Below are positions 63,610 to 64,000 of a DNA stretch of 64,000 nucleotides, one piece after another (position 1 is the first letter of the stretch; every line of letters starts with the position of its first letter). Below the pieces are notes generated by a model, which ran no database searches, was not told the DNA's origin, and was given only the letters and a program-made list of their open reading frames with translations. The position numbers and the translations under genes were made by a program. This stretch comes from an uncultured delta proteobacterium (GTDB taxonomy: Bacteria > Myxococcota_A > Polyangia > Fen-1088): contig CAVYGB010000008.1 of NCBI GenBank assembly GCA_963767925.1, forward strand, positions 2,496,001 through 2,560,000, given 5' to 3'.

Positions 63610-64000
63610 CTACTGCGCCCGGGGCAGCGGCTTCATGACGGCCAGCTCGGCGCCGGTCGGATCGGCCAGCACGGCGAAGCGGCCGATGCCCGGGATGTCG
63701 TGGGGAGGGATCGACTCGGTCCCGCCGACCTTCTTCACCCGGGCCATCGTGGCATCGACGTCGTCCACGTAGACGTAGGGCAGCCAGTGGGGCGGCGCGC
63801 TGGCCGCCTGGACCGCCGTGATGCCGCCGCGGTCGACGCCGCCGGCGGACACGATGTGGTAGGCGCCGGCGGGACCCATGTCGAGCGAGCGGTGGGAAAA
63901 GCCGACGACCTTCTCGTAGAACGCGGCGGCGGCGGCCGGATCGGGCGTGTGCAGCTCGTTCCAGAAGAAGTGCCCCTGGGTCACCGGCCCGTCGGCCGGA
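63610..64000 (-). CDS. VOC/glyoxalase family protein, 5'-partial
   Basis: FFWNELHTPD, FYEKVVG, WLPYVYVDDVD, GRFAVLADPTGA; frame is open to the window edge. Confidence 0.88.
   Translation of the reverse strand, partial: PADGPVTQGHFFWNELHTPDPAAAAAFYEKVVGFSHRSLDMGPAGAYHIVSAGGVDRGGITAVQAASAPPHWLPYVYVDDVDATMARVKKVGGTESIPPHDIPGIGRFAVLADPTGAELAVMKPLPRAQ

Overview
Very GC-rich bacterial DNA, most likely Myxococcota/Polyangia. The evidence is a MYXO-CTERM-tailed protein, a mevalonate operon, two DUF1592/DUF1552 pairs and Gly-rich lipoproteins. About 50 protein-coding genes were found, and no rRNA, tRNA, CRISPR array or transposase was recognised. Left to right: an EgtD-EgtB ergothioneine fusion (runs off the left edge and is missing from the ORF track) behind a betaine-family ABC importer; a kinase/ECF sigma/DUF1592/DUF1552/GH95/GH9 run; an M48 protease; MTA deaminase plus MTAP-family phosphorylase; a mevalonate operon ending in an hpnC-like gene; rarA; dacB-gcvTHP-argJ; a palindromic tandem repeat; two TonB-C proteins; ttcA; lon facing away from Spy-like and HtrA genes; then an accessory region (CotH, second DUF1592/1552 pair, a precursor-like peptide plus C39 lipoprotein peptidase, Nif3, ArsR-SRPBCC/cupin, GT-C membrane protein, actinobacterial-type subtilase). 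About ten frameshifts, mostly single extra bases in short G/C runs, look like long-read consensus errors. Best leads: the C39 peptidase with its hydrophobic-core precursor, the Egt1-like fusion with its transporter, and the DUF1592/1552-CAZyme locus whose GH9 has DAGN in place of DAGD. All calls come from motif recognition by eye; no searches were run.
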